A stretch of 64,000 bases of DNA from Selaginella moellendorffii (lineage: Eukaryota > Plantae > Lycopodiophyta), in the NCBI RefSeq assembly GCF_000143415.4, contig NW_003314321.1, positions 317,167 through 381,166 on the forward strand, read 5' to 3'. The notes beneath the pieces are model-generated. The model saw only the letters and a program-made list of their open reading frames with translations, was not told where the DNA came from and searched no databases. The position numbers and the translations under genes are program-made. The stretch's first letter is position 1, and each line of letters opens with the position of its first letter. Positions 35,301 to 47,578 of this stretch are shown here, piece by piece.

Positions 35301-37495
35301 AACATCATGAGCATCGTGAGCCACAGGTGGCTGGGTACAAAGTCCTGCATCAAGAGAAAAGAGGATCACTTTACGTACAAAATTATGATCCAGCTTACCG
35401 GCGGACTCTGCAGTGATCGTTTGAATTAAACTCGTAGCATTATTCTCAGGAACATTCGGACAGGCAGGTTGGGTTTCAATCTCCTTCTCTGCGTCTGCAT
35501 CCAGCTCCTTAGCTTCGCTCACAGATCGTCCTGAAACGATCTCCTCAAGTATGCGAAGAGGTGCCGGATCATCGTCACGAGTAACGATGCCAGTAGAAAC
35601 ATTTGTCTGATCGGCAGCAGAAGGAACGATGGGGGAGTCCGACTTCGGAGCGTCAAAACAAGTTTGAGCTAATTCGAGAGGCCGGCCCTCCTCCATAACA
35701 TCACACCTCATTTCAGCTGCTGTGACTTTTAACGAGATTATATCCCGCCGCCGATAAAGTTTGTCGCAGTTCGCAGTAGCCACCTTCAACGCTTCTTGGG
35801 CTTCCCGATACGCTTTCCTAGCCAGGCGTTCTCGAATCTCACACATGTGTCGATGGTGCTGTGCCAACTCCAACTCCTTGTCAACCGCTTCTTCTTCCAG
35901 GGCTAGTTCCGCAACCGACGGTTTACTTCTAGAAATACCAGCGACGGCGATCTCAAGACTGCTCATGTTTTGTCCGCCAGCCGACCTTTTTTCCGTCGAC
36001 AGATTGGCCACCTCCAGGTATCCGCTTTGCGGCAAGACCTCTGCGCAGGCGTTTTCCACAGCACCTGGTAGCTTTTGCCTTTTAGTGCTGGCTTCCTCTT
36101 CATGCATGGCCTTATCGGCACCACGCTTGATGCCCCCACCGTGCGTCGACGTATCCATCGTCTGAACTGCCAAAGGTCTCGAATCTCCCGGCCCGGTGTT
36201 GGATGACGGTCCCAGAGTTCCCAGGTTTTGCTGAGTCGCTGGAGAAAATACATTATCGGTAACCGGAAAACTCGCGTTGTTTGAAGCTGGTAAGCTTGAG
36301 TCTGGAGGACTAGAGGTGTTGGTTGAGTTATTTACGACCTCCCTTCGTTGCCTCTGCTGCTGAATTTCAACCTCCTTCGATGCTATCTGTTTCCTCAAAA
36401 GGTCCAGATTGGTCTGAGTTCCACAGTCCTTCGGACCAAGAGGATTTTGCCGAGAGTGACTGCCAGCGGCGGGCCTGGTACTCTTTAAAATCGGCAGTGA
36501 CTTCCCTTTTACTCGCTCGATAGCAGCAATTTGCTTCTTCATCCGGTCAATCTCCACCCGCAAGCTGGCCGGCTTTGCTGCGTTCACTGGAGTTGCTTTC
36601 GCATCTTCTCCATCGCTCTCATCGTCTGAAAACTTGATGAGAAACGGGTTCTCGCCAAGGCCATTGTTGCTCGCCTTGTGAGTGTTTGCCTTTCCATTTG
36701 GCAGCTGTGCTGGAAGACACACTGACGAACGCATCAGCGAAAAACACGAGAAATAAATCGCAAAAACCTCCTGTGGTAGAAAGCGTCTTAGTCGCGGTTC
36801 CCATGCGCAAGTCGTTCGCTCCTTTGTCTTTTTGAATGGAATGGTTCTTCTGAGGAATCTCTGGCGGAGTTTCACTAACAGTGTTCGTGACCTGAAAATA
36901 GCAGGACGAAACTTTAGCACTGAGAAAACCAAGAGAAGATGAAAGAATCAAAAGAACACAGCGAAGCTTTAGCGCTGCGGAAAGCAAGAAACAAAAGAGA
37001 AGATAAGCACTGGCATTTTTTACTCACTTGCTTTTGCAGCGGTGTGCTTGCTGGCGCCCGATACACTGCGTGGATACTATAAAAACTCTAGGCCAGAGAA
37101 ATGGAATGGAAAAGGAAACTATTTACCAAAGGATTGTGCTGCTGCTGCCCCTGCTACCTTCAAATCCAATGGCAAATGCGGCACTCCAGTCGGCGAGGCG
37201 CTCGATTGCTGCGCCGCTGCCGCTGCTTTCTTCTTCTTCTTGTGGTTGCCGCTCACCTTGCGCTTGGCCTGCATCGAAATATCTAGCTTCAAGAACAGCT
37301 GCAAATCGAGAGAGGAATCCATTGCCCTACCATACAATCTGCGCCTTGCGCGTTCTCATCCGATGACAGCTCCCCTTCTTCCTTCTCGTCGATCGCAGCA
37401 GCAGCCCTGACCCAGCGATACGATCTCCGAGACGTTTCAGGGATTGAAGCGAAGGCCAATGCTCTCAGATGCTCAGTGCTGAGCGCATCATCCAT
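32327..37495 (-). CDS. ZFC3H1-like zinc-finger protein (PAXT / nuclear exosome adaptor homologue), multi-exon
   Basis: N-terminal EEGELS motif, coiled coil, C3H1 finger PFKPLCKFEHRGKCNNELCSFQH, and a C-terminal HAT/TPR-like helical region. Confidence 0.8.
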
Positions 37496-37728
37496 TACCT
37501 CTACGCTACGCTCGTCATCCCCTTCTCCTCACCCTAACCCTAAGCGCATATCCAGCGAATCGTTCTTAGAGGTAAACTACTAGTTTGACCATGTAGAGTT
37601 GACCATTTTTCTCTAGTCAAACTTAAAACGTTATACATTCTATTCATTATACTTACCAAAAACTTGCCACGCACTGTGGCATGTTAATATCGTTTTATAG
37701 CAGTAGTAGTAGTGGACGAGCTCTTGGG

Positions 37729-38969
37729 CTAATCGAATTGCCGAGGAAGGAGATGGAAAATATAGTCGGAACTTCTATACGATCTTTGCAACTGGAGGTT
37801 GGAAAATCCTTTGCTCATCTCCTCGTCTTCGTCCAGTCCAGCCGTCTCGAATTTGCGAGACCACCACGTCCGGTTGTGGCTCTTGATCTGTCCAAAGATC
37901 ATCAGCGAAAGCACATAGAAAAACTTTTCTTACGGATTTTAGTGCCGCTTGGAGCTGCCTGGCCGATGATACTTGCGATGGCTGACTAGCTGTGCAAGAA
38001 TTCAGCGCGTTAGAGACTAGAGGATGCTGGAAAGACGTGAAACAAGATAGAGAAGGCTTACAGATGAAAGCAACGATGGCATGGCTGGTTAGTCGAGCTA
38101 GCTCCGGAAGTGTTCTGTTCAGCTGGCGAGATGTCAAGTGCTCGAGTGTGTTGCTTGCCAAGACCAGGGAGAATGACTTTGATCTGTATGGGAGTCCCCG
38201 GTGAACGTCCGCAATACGGACTAATCCCTTCTTGACGAGGCTCTTGCAAACCGAGCTTGGATTTGTCATCTCCGATGGTTCCACACCCCATGCCTGTCCG
38301 CCTTCGTCTTGAAGCAGCCTGGCGACGACGTTACACGTCTGCGGTCCGATGTGAAGAACTGCTTTCATGTGTTTTCCATACACCTCTTGCAGCAATGGTA
38401 GAGCGTCCAGCACTCCAGCAGACGCTTCCTCCGAGTTATTGTCTAAAGAGAAAAAGCTCTCAAGTTGAACAACAGGAAGAAAACGAATAGTGAGTACCAG
38501 CAATGGACTTTAGCTGTTCGTGTTGATCCTCCTCTTCAGTGTCATGCGTATGAGTTTCCACTGGAAGTGAGCGCACAAGTAAGGATGGATTGAGCTTCCT
38601 TGCTGTGGCTACAGCCGAGGATGGCGAAGTCTTTGAGTGGTGCTGGAAGGCTACAATGAACGAAGTGATGCGATTTAGTCCCAAAGCATAGAAGAAGGAA
38701 ATGGATCACATACTTGAGGGCCCGAAGAGGTAGACGAAAAACAACACCATAACCTGGGAAAAACAAAGAAAGGCTTTAGAAGAACGAGCCAATAGAACAA
38801 TAGTTCGTAGGATACAAAAAAGAAAGAAGAAATTTGGCAGCCTACTTACGACGAATAGAACGCAGGCGGAGACTAGCGAAGAGGAGTCCGATTTGCTCTG
38901 AGCCTGCGCGGAGCTGGACAATCCATTGCCTCCCGAATCGTCGGAGGACCTTCTCGGACGCCGAGACAT
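37729..38969 (-). CDS. CGR2/CGR3-like Golgi SAM-dependent pectin methyltransferase
   Basis: MSRRPRR N-terminus and TM segment; VLHIGPQTC, AWGVEP, KGLVRIAD and LPYRSKSFSLV...LNRTLPELAR motifs. Confidence 0.9.
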
Positions 38970-39670
38970 CGCATTGTTCATCTGAAAAGCGGCATGAATT
39001 CCAATAATCCCATTAGGGCCTAATGGAATGTTCCTGGGGGGGCAAATCGAAGAATGCAGGCGAGATCTGACCCTCCCGGGCATCAAATCACACAAAACAA
39101 GCACCGAAGCGCACAGAATCACAGCAACAATGCCGCAATCCCACGAAACAATGCAAGAAATTGCAAGGATCCCGTCGAGAAATCCATACCCTAGGCAGAT
39201 CGATCGCGATCTCCAATCCAAAACCCCGCCGCCCTCACAGCGCCTAGCCAGCGCACTTGCTCTCGACTGTGTGGAGGTCCAAATAGCTAAACCTTTGTCC
39301 GTAGAGCACCGTTGGATCTCATACCAGCTGGCAAGCCAATCACACAGACTTCCTTTTTCCCCTGTCCCTGTGTCTCTCTCTTGCTCGCTCGATCCATGCC
39401 GTTGATTCTAACGGTATTCGTACGTTGATTAAACCTTTGGTTTGATAGTCTGTGATTGTAGCTTAAATTGGCTTCTTTGAAAATTTGGTGGCAAGAACAT
39501 CCAAGTAGTTATTGACAATCCAAATCTAGCATGTCAGTAGTAACGGAGACAAATCCAAATAATATTGTGGATTTTAGTAAGCATGCTGTTAGGGTTTGTT
39601 ATGGGTTTTTGTGAGAATCTTCTAAAGAGCATAAGGATATTCTGGAAGGAGCATATTCCTCTCCATTGCG

Positions 39671-39685
39671 AGAATATTCTAGAAT
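39671..39685. promoter_or_regulatory. Perfect three-unit heat-shock-element-like motif
   Basis: aGAAtaTTCtaGAAt matches nGAAnnTTCnnGAAn; function untested. Confidence 0.3.
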
Positions 39686-39722
39686 TCTGAGAAACTCAAA
39701 TCGATCTGGGCCGTTGGTTGAT

Positions 39723-41809
39723 CTAGCTAGCAAAGCGTTCCAGTGCTCGTGGCAAAGGCTCCTCTCGTTCCTTCACGAGAGCTCCTTTCGTTTGCTTTTG
39801 CTGCTGCTGCTGCTCGCGAATTATCGATCGCTTCGTGCCGAAAGCCTCCAATTGTTTCTTCGCCATTCTCTTGCCAACTTTGTTCCGGCCTTTGGTCTTG
39901 CGCTTGGCCTTCTTCTGGCCTTGGATCTTCTTCGACTCGTCCTCCTCTTCTTCCTGCTCCCGCAAGTTCTTCCGGGGGTTCTTGTCCACCGCTCCAAACT
40001 TCTGAGGATCCAGCATGATCGTCTGCGGCTGGAGCTTGTCCAGGAGCGCGTGGACCTCCGCTTCGTGCCGCTGCTTCACTGTCTGGAAAGGATTCGCCAC
40101 GAAGCTGTCGAAGTTTGGCTCTCCCGAGCCGGGGACGAGAATGGATGTCACTCCCCCTGTGTGACCAATCCCAACCACGTCTTCGTATGGACAGAAGCTC
40201 AAATCCTGGATGGTCGAGTTCTGGAAGAGCCTGTGCTTCATGTATGGCTTTTCCTGCTTGACTTGAAACGCATCCTTCCAGATCTCGATCGTGGAGCCAC
40301 TGCCGACCGCGAGCAAGCCTTTCTGGCTTACGTCTAGCGACTTGGTCGACTGAAACGCCATGTAGGAATGAAGAGCCTGCATCTTTCGTATGTCCCAGAC
40401 TTTGATCCTCGCGTCTGCGCCTGCTGTTACCATATAGCTCCCTCCCATGTCGAATGCCGTGGAAGTCACAGCGCCTCTGTGACACAGCATCCTCACCAAA
40501 GGTGTACCCATGTTTGGAGTCCACAGAGTCACTGTCCCGTTGCTGTGGCCCAGGCTCACGACGGCATTGTAAGGATTCGCTCGAAGAACACGGCAAGGTC
40601 CCAGTCTCGTAGAGTAATTTGCCACTATCTGACCCGTGCTTGTGTCCTGGTAGTGAAGGACTCCGGCCTTGTTGGTGCTGACTAGGAGAAAGTGGTGTCG
40701 AAGGAACTCCAGTTTCAGTGGAGCTACAAATTCCTGCAGCAGAACAAGCATCGATACTTTTGCATGTAAGTTTGATCTACTTACCTTTAGGCAGTGGACT
40801 TCAGCGCCCTTTTTATCGTAGATGTAAATATATCTACAAAGAAAAATGAAATCCACGCAAACGTAACAAAGCACTTACTTGCTCTGAGCAGCAGCAAAAA
40901 ACTGCTCGTTGTGCAGGAACTTGATATCGCGTGTAGTCTCTTTCACTTGAGTTTCCATCATGAGATACTTAGTTTTCCAATCGATCACGGCAAGGTGTCC
41001 TTTCCGGCCGCCAATAAGCGCATATCGACCACTGTGAGTGTAATCTATCGTGTAAGGACCCAAGTCTGCAGCAGAAAAAGGAAGAAACAAACCAATAGCT
41101 GACGGGAGAAAAAGATTATTTGCAAACCTGGAAGTCTGAGATCAAACGCTTTGTGCGCGCTTGAAATATCAACGTTCTTCACGATATCTTCTTGAGTGTA
41201 GTCATAGGTATTTTCTCCATCGTCCGCCTCTAAAGCTCCACCTTCGCTCGGTAGAAGCCACTGAAGAAAGCACAACGTTAAAGCTAGAAATGTATCAAAA
41301 GATGGATCAAAAGAGTAGAAGAAAAAAAAAACCTTACTTGCTCTACTTTCGCGGCTGTAAGAGCAGATTTCTCAAACAAATCTTCTTTGGTTTTGAGCTG
41401 AGACTTGAGCTTCTTGTCTTTCAATCCCTGCGAACCAAGAATTTTAGCCAAGTAGCATCACAGAAAATAATTTCCATCTTACTTTCACGGAGAGTCGTTC
41501 TCCCCGATTGTATTTCCTGATTTTCGGCTTGATAGTGTCGGTGTTCTCATTGCTTTGAGGAAGCTGCAAAGGCAAAGATCAATCACAACCTCTAGAGCTA
41601 CAATAAATCCACGCACTGCTTTCACTTTGGCTTCAATCAATCGCTTCTCGACGTCGGGATCCAATTCCTTGCGCTGCTTCTTCGGCCCCTCATCCGATTT
41701 CTAAGAAGAAACGATTGATCAGAGCGAGCAGAGCTGCGAAACCACTCACATTCTCATCGCTATCGCCGACCTCGAAGAAGCGCTTGTGTTTGCCGCCAGG
41801 CGCAACCAT
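39723..41809 (-). CDS. UTP7: WD40 U3 snoRNA-associated protein UTP7/WDR46 (BING4CT domain)
   Basis: LGPYTIDY..GR...GGRKGH, FLHNEQFFAAAQ, NPYNAVVSLGHSNG, FCPYEDVVGIGH and PGSGEPNFD. Confidence 0.93.
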
Positions 41810-41856
41810 TTCCCTCGCATAAACCCTAAATCCTCCTTCCTGCCCTAAAAGAGAAA
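41810..41856. promoter_or_regulatory. 47-bp head-to-head spacer containing a telo-box (AAACCCTAA at 41821) and a second CCCTAA
   Basis: Lies between the inferred ATGs of UTP7 (41809) and OGG1 (41857). Confidence 0.65.
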
Positions 41857-43108
41857 ATGGCGCCCATCGCTAAGCGGAGCTTGAGCTTCGCGATCGCTGT
41901 CGCTACGCCGGAGAGAATCACGAAGAAGCCGCGGGCGCGGGAAGAATGGCGGAGCCTCAGCGTTCCTCCAGTGGAGCTCAATCTCGCCCTCACGCTCCTC
42001 ACAGGTCAGACATTCTTGTGGAAGCAAACAAGTCCCGGCGTGTTCACGGGAGCTCTGGGGCCTCACCTCGTCTCGCTCCGGCAGACGCCGCAGGACACAC
42101 TCTATCGCGTCCACACGGAATTTCCAGGCGCCAAGGAGGCGCTGCGAGAATTCTTTACGCTGGATACGTCGCTGGCAACTCTGTGGAGCTCTTTCAGTGC
42201 CGCGGACGAGCGATTTGCTGCTGTGGCTCCCTACATTCAAGGGGCGAGAGTGCTGAGGCAGGATCCCGTGGAATGCGTCTTCCAGTTTATATGCTCCTCC
42301 AACAATCACATCCAGAGGATAACGAAGATGGTGGATTTTCTCGCTACTCAGGGCTCTCCGCTTGGCTGCGTGGATGGACAATCCTTCTTCCAGTTCCCGT
42401 CGCTCGAGCAACTATCGTTCCTCACCGAGAAACAACTTAGAGACGCTGGGTTTGGATACAGGTTTCCTTCTTTTCTCTTCTTTGTAGCAAAGATGGTGGC
42501 TTCTTCTTTGTTTCTAACTCTTTCTTGTAGAGCCAAGTATATTGTAGGAGCCGTGGAGACCCTGCGTTCCAAGGAAAGTGGTGGTGATGAATGGCTGAAG
42601 TCCTTAAGAGAAGGATCGCTAGAACAGGCGACTGCTGCACTGTGTACACTCCCTGGAATCGGTCCCAAGGTCGCAGCATGCGTGTCGCTGTTTTCGCTTG
42701 ACAAACACGACGCCATTCCAGTTGACACTCACGTATGGCAGGTACATGTTTACATAGTTTTTCGTTCGTGCAATCGTTGCTGCACGAACACAAGACTGGT
42801 TCCAACAAAACACAGTTCTTGTGAAGTTTTCTTCAAAGTCTTTGCTAATTATCTTTGTTCTTTGACAGATTGCCGTGCAATATCTCAAACCCGAGCTCGC
42901 CGGACAACGCCTCACATCCAAAATGCACAGCGCCGTGGCGCAGGCGTTTGTAAGCCGTTTCGGAGCGTACGCTGGCTGGGCTCACGCTGTTCTGTTCATT
43001 GCGGAGCTGTCTTCGCATCAAAAGCTTCTTCCATCACATTTACATACTCAGAGGAGGCCACGAACGAGTAAAAACAGCAAGCGCAACGAAGATGTTGTTT
43101 CTTTGTAA
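41857..43108 (+). CDS. OGG1: 8-oxoguanine DNA glycosylase / AP lyase; 3 exons (about 41857-42461, 42532-42741, 42869-43108)
   Basis: TLLTGQTFLW, RVLRQDPVEC, ICSSNNHIQRI, GFGYRA, HhH-GPD motif LPGIGPKVAAC...IPVDTHVWQ, and FGAYAGWAH. Confidence 0.96.
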
Positions 43109-43298
43109 AATGGTAAAACACCCTCACTTCCTTGCTGGTCTTCGGTTTTCTCACAGCGCTTTCTTTCACAGCTTTTTTCCAGCAGTTGCAAACTAAAACA
43201 AAGACACTTATTTCTACTGAATACTGGTAATGTTTTGCACTTTGCGGGCGCAATGCTAAGATGCTTATGTTTCCGTTTTTCCTTAAGGATTGAAGACG

Positions 43299-43810
43299 GT
43301 GATAACAAATGAATAGCTCAGGTCCTTGGTACAGAACACAGGTCCAAAGTTTGCTGCATGCGCCTCGCTATTCTCGCTTGACAAGCACCACGCCGTTGCA
43401 TTTTGACGCTCGCCTGCCAGGTTCGCTCTCACACACATTTTAAACTTATCGCTTCGTTGGTCAAGCAGCCGGCAACGTCCTTTGATGAGCAATGAGAGTG
43501 GCACAAAGACTGTGGCTTTCAGGGGAATCTAAGCTATCAAAGTCGTTCAGGCTCTCGGTCACGGTCATTCTCTTTTCTCTTTTTCTTTCGCTTTTCTTTC
43601 TTCCAAACATTCGAACTTCGCTGATACTCCGTTCTGTTTTGGTGTCTTTGACAGATTGGTTCGCTCGTCTTGAAGCCAACGCTGGCAAGTTCTATTCATT
43701 GCGGAGCTGTCTCGGCATCAGAAGCTTCTTCCTTCACACTTACAAACCCAGAGGAGGACGGGACGAGTAAAAGCAGCAAGCGACACAAAGCTGTATCTTC
43801 GTCGTAAAAA
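43299..43810 (+). pseudogene. Deletion-riddled partial tandem copy of the 3' half of OGG1
   Basis: 43299-43425 matches about 42580-42743. 43647-43810 matches about 42860-43110, including the intron acceptor CTTTGACAG. The middle part is unrelated filler. Confidence 0.85.
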
Positions 43811-44317
43811 ACCACACCACACCACTACCATCAGTCATCGGTACTCTAAACATCTCTTTTCTTTCGCTCGCCCGCATTGCTTTCCCGCATAACAATTGGT
43901 ATTAAACTCGTTTGTTTTGCAGCTCTCTCAAAGCAGTGGCCTTCGAGAAACTTTGCCTCGGGATACCAAAGCTTCCAGGCCGTGCCGAGAGCGCACTGGC
44001 CGTATATTCCCACGCACGCCATGGCCCGTGACGTCGTACGGAACAACGATTTTGGCGAAAGCGACTTGGTTTTTGAGTGAGCCACCCGTTGACATTCTAC
44101 ATTCCTTCTGACTATGCTGTTGTGTGTGTATGCTTGTACAGGCGGCCAGCTATACATACACACACACACACGTATACGCATACGCATACGCTCCAAGCAG
44201 TGCTATCCTTTTCCTCTCGCTCTCTCTCGGGCAGCCAAAGAGGAGGCTTTGATGGTTTCTCCCCTCTCCTCACTGCCTCTCAGCACTTCCTTCTTTTCTT
44301 TCTCCTCTTCCACTTCA

Positions 44318-44648
44318 ATGCTGCTCACTTCCAGGCTCGTCTGGTTTCTCCTTCTCTTGCAGCTCGTTTGCTCGTCCAGATCAGGTACTTCGAAAACATC
44401 TCTTGTTTCTCTAGCCTCACCTCGCGTCTTTTGCAGATCTCTTCTTCTCGCAAACTGGAGTAGCAGAGAGCACCGTGGCCTACGCTGAAGCCAGAGCGAG
44501 CAGTAGTAGCATCAATCGCAGCAATGATGCTGTTTGGAGGAGAATGGTAGAGGAGACAAGAACGCAGCAGGAGGAAGACATCGATTACATTTACTCGGGC
44601 TATGAAAGGCGGCCTCCTCGGACGCGCCGTTCTAGACATTTTCCTTAG
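44318..44648 (+). CDS. Putative 92-aa secreted Tyr-sulfated peptide precursor (phytosulfokine-like, DYIYSG); exons 44318-44384 and 44437-44648
   Basis: Spliced translation: MLLTSRLVWFLLLLQLVCSSRS-DLFFSQTGVAESTVAYAEARASSSSINRSNDAVWRRMVEETRTQQEEDIDYIYSGYERRPPRTRRSRHFP*. Canonical 52-nt GT-AG intron. A further GT-AG intron lies in the 3' UTR (about 44670-44733). Confidence 0.7.
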
Positions 44649-45226
44649 CAGCAGCTGCTGGAAGAAGCTGTAAGCGACTGAACGATGCTTTGTCTTTCAA
44701 GTCTCATCTTTGTGTCTTTTGTTTCCTTTGCAGACTTTAGACCACTACATGCAGGCGCAGAAAGAATGTCATGGATTCATCTCGCTCCCTCCGGTTTTTT
44801 CCTCTCCATCTCTCTCTTGGAAATCTTTCGCAGGCCGCAGCGAGAGAGATCTCTCTTCCAAATTCCATGTCTCGCCGCTGGCCGTGGTGAAAGGACGTGA
44901 AGAAAAGACCGTGGCTTTTGTCGCCCTGTCTGGAAAAGGGAGCTCAAATTTCCTCGTCCATAGCTCTTTTCTTTAAGGACGCAGCCTTGAGCAAAATGCT
45001 GCCTAGCTAGACCTTTGTATTTGTATACTACTGCCAAAAAGGAGGCATATTTTTTAATTTTTTTCTATGCTTTGAAAAGACCAGCTATTTTTTGTTAAGC
45101 AGATTTAATTAACTTAATCATAAATTCTTAAAACAACATAGTCGTGTTTGACCTAGGGCGGGAAAGAAAAGTAAAGGTTGAGAAGCCCTGATTGATTCAC
45201 TAGATCTGATTGAGCTGGAGTAGGCG

Positions 45227-47470
45227 ATGGATCTGGATTCGTGGTTTGGAGTGGCCAGCGCTCTCGCCACGCATCCGGTGGCCGTCGCGATCCAGATCCA
45301 GGTAAGTGACTCCTTGATTCAATGTGCATTGCCAATGCTCTTCCAGGGATGCGTCATTTACTTGGCGCTGGCGATGGGCTGGGCATTCGCGACGATGATA
45401 AGGTCAGTGATTGATGGTCTTTTGCGCAATGGATTCTCGTGCGGTGGGGATTGACATTGCCAGCATTGGATTCTATAGGGGGCGGGAGCTCGCGAAAATG
45501 AAGAGGGCGCAACGAAATGGAAATAGTCTTGCATTTCTCAACGTTGATGTGGAGAGTTTCGAGCATGGTGCTCAAGCGATGCTACCACGCGTGACTGTGG
45601 TGATGCCCGTCAAGGGATTCGGCGAACACACGATTAGAAATTGGCGGAGCCAGGTAGAAAATCATGCTCTTCGCTCCTTGGTTTTCTAGTGCTAATTTTT
45701 CTTTCTTTTTTCTAGCTTATATCGTTGTATGGAGGCCCGCTCGAGTTTATCATCGTCGTCGAGAGCATGAAAGATCCAGCTTATGCGGCGATATCAAAGT
45801 TGATCTATGAGCTCAAGGTATCGTATCCTTCTTTTCCTTGAACTTGTGAGAAGATTTTATCGCGCATGCTGACACTTGCAGGATGATGTCCTGGCAAAAG
45901 TTTTGGTAGCCGGCTTGTCCGCAACTTGCAGCCAGAAAATTCACAACCAGCTGGTAAGTTCGTCGTCTTCACAGAATGTTTCCTTAAAAGAAAATCTTCG
46001 TGTTTGGTTTTAAAGGCTGGAATTTCTGCCATGCACAAGGAGAGCAAATACGTTCTCTTTCTGGACGACGACGTGCAGCTTCACCCCGGCACAGTCGGAG
46101 CGCTCGTTGATAAAATGACTCCGGAGGTAATTTGAGCTCATGTTTTCCGTCTGGATCGTCACCAGGCGTGCAGATTTTTGTTCTCACAGGCTATCCGTTT
46201 GACATACCGTCTGGAAGCCTCGGAAGCTATTGCATATATGAGTACCATATGGTAAACACTTTGAAAACTTTGCTCTCCAGATACTGATATCAAGACGATT
46301 ATCAGCCCTGTTCAATTGGTTTTGCGACCGGTGGAAGAACTTTCTTTTTGTGGGGCGGATGCATGATGGTATACCGAGATTCTCAAGTTTTCTCGGAGGG
46401 TTTAACAAGTGATGTTTTAATTCTAGATGCATGCAGAAGATTTCCGTCAAGATCGTTATAATATGGTGACAGGGCTGCGAAATGGTGGCTATTCCGACGA
46501 CATGACTCTTGCTGCTGTGGCCGGTAACAAAAAAAACAAGAAAAATCGCGAGTTTTGTTTTGATACGTGAAACTGATGGTCGCAGGTGCACATCATCGAG
46601 TAATCAGCTCACCTCCCGTGGCTGTGTTCTTCCATCCACTGTCTCAAAACTTAAGCTTTTCGAGGTGATAGTTTAGTTTTGAGATGGTGTTAACGGTGCG
46701 CTCTCCTTTCTCGCAGGTACTGGAACTATTTGCGAAAGCAGACATTTGTTCTGGAGTCCTACAACTCGCAAGTTAACTGGCTTATGAACCGGGCATTGTT
46801 CTTCTCGCATTGTTGGCTGTCGTGGAGTTTCGTAGCTCCATACGTGCTCGTGATCGCGCAACTGGCCGTGGCATTCAGAGCGATGCTTTGTCCATCTCCG
46901 GATGCAGCTATATTGTACAGGACAGGTTTGTCTTCTGTCCCATTCACTCACGGATCACCTTTTTTATTTTATTTTTATCTTCTGGCAGGACTTGTGATGG
47001 CTGGGATTGTAGCCATTTGCTCCGTGATTGAGTCACTGTCGTTGCAGCGTCTCTCGGCCGTGATAATAAGTCTCTGCAACGAGCTATCTCCTGAAAAGCC
47101 GCCAGTGTCCATCAAGACTTACAACTGGTTTATGGTGAGCACAACTTTCAAAGAAAACTATCATACAGATCAGTGCCTTGTCTTTGACAGGTTTTTGTTG
47201 CAATGGTCGTGGACAATTTTCTCTATCCCGTGTCTGCTGTCTATTCTCACTGGTCTCAGTTCATCGACTGGGCCGGAGTACGGTACCATTTACGACACGG
47301 CAAAGTATACCAGGTCGGACGCCCTATCCTTTCTCTTTGTTCCCTTTGGCTGATCGGTCAAAGCTTGCTTACAGATTGAAAGACCATCTTTGTTAGCTGA
47401 AAGGCAGGCGTCCGTGAAGAAAACGAAAACCAAAGCCTTTCCACACAAAAAACACTTGTGGTGCCAATAA
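45227..47470 (+). CDS. GCS: Ceramide glucosyltransferase / glucosylceramide synthase (GT21), many short exons
   Basis: LPRVTVVMPVKGFGEH, CSQKIHNQL, YVLFLDDDV, LWGGCMM, GYSDDM and YWNYLRKQTFVLESY. Confidence 0.92.
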
Positions 47471-47578
47471 CAACGAATACTATTGATTCATTCTTTGATT
47501 ATTTCTCGACGCGGCCATAAACATGAGGTGAATGGAAGCTGGATTTTTTCTGTATATCAATTGCTTCTCACTGCTATT

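Noticed and set aside
39666-40596. Long alternative-frame and antisense ORFs overlapping UTP7 (similar ones overlap GH3, FUT, OGG1, Era and RPT3)
   Set aside because: Expected by-products of GC-rich codon usage; no recognisable domains.
43850-44980. miRNA precursor or lncRNA interpretation of this region
   Set aside because: No long hairpin seen; the spliced signal-peptide ORF explains the region better.
28013-47470. Apparent glycosylation/cell-wall gene cluster (FUT, lectin, CGR, GCS)
   Set aside because: The genes act in different pathways and are interspersed with unrelated housekeeping genes; no evidence of a biosynthetic cluster.
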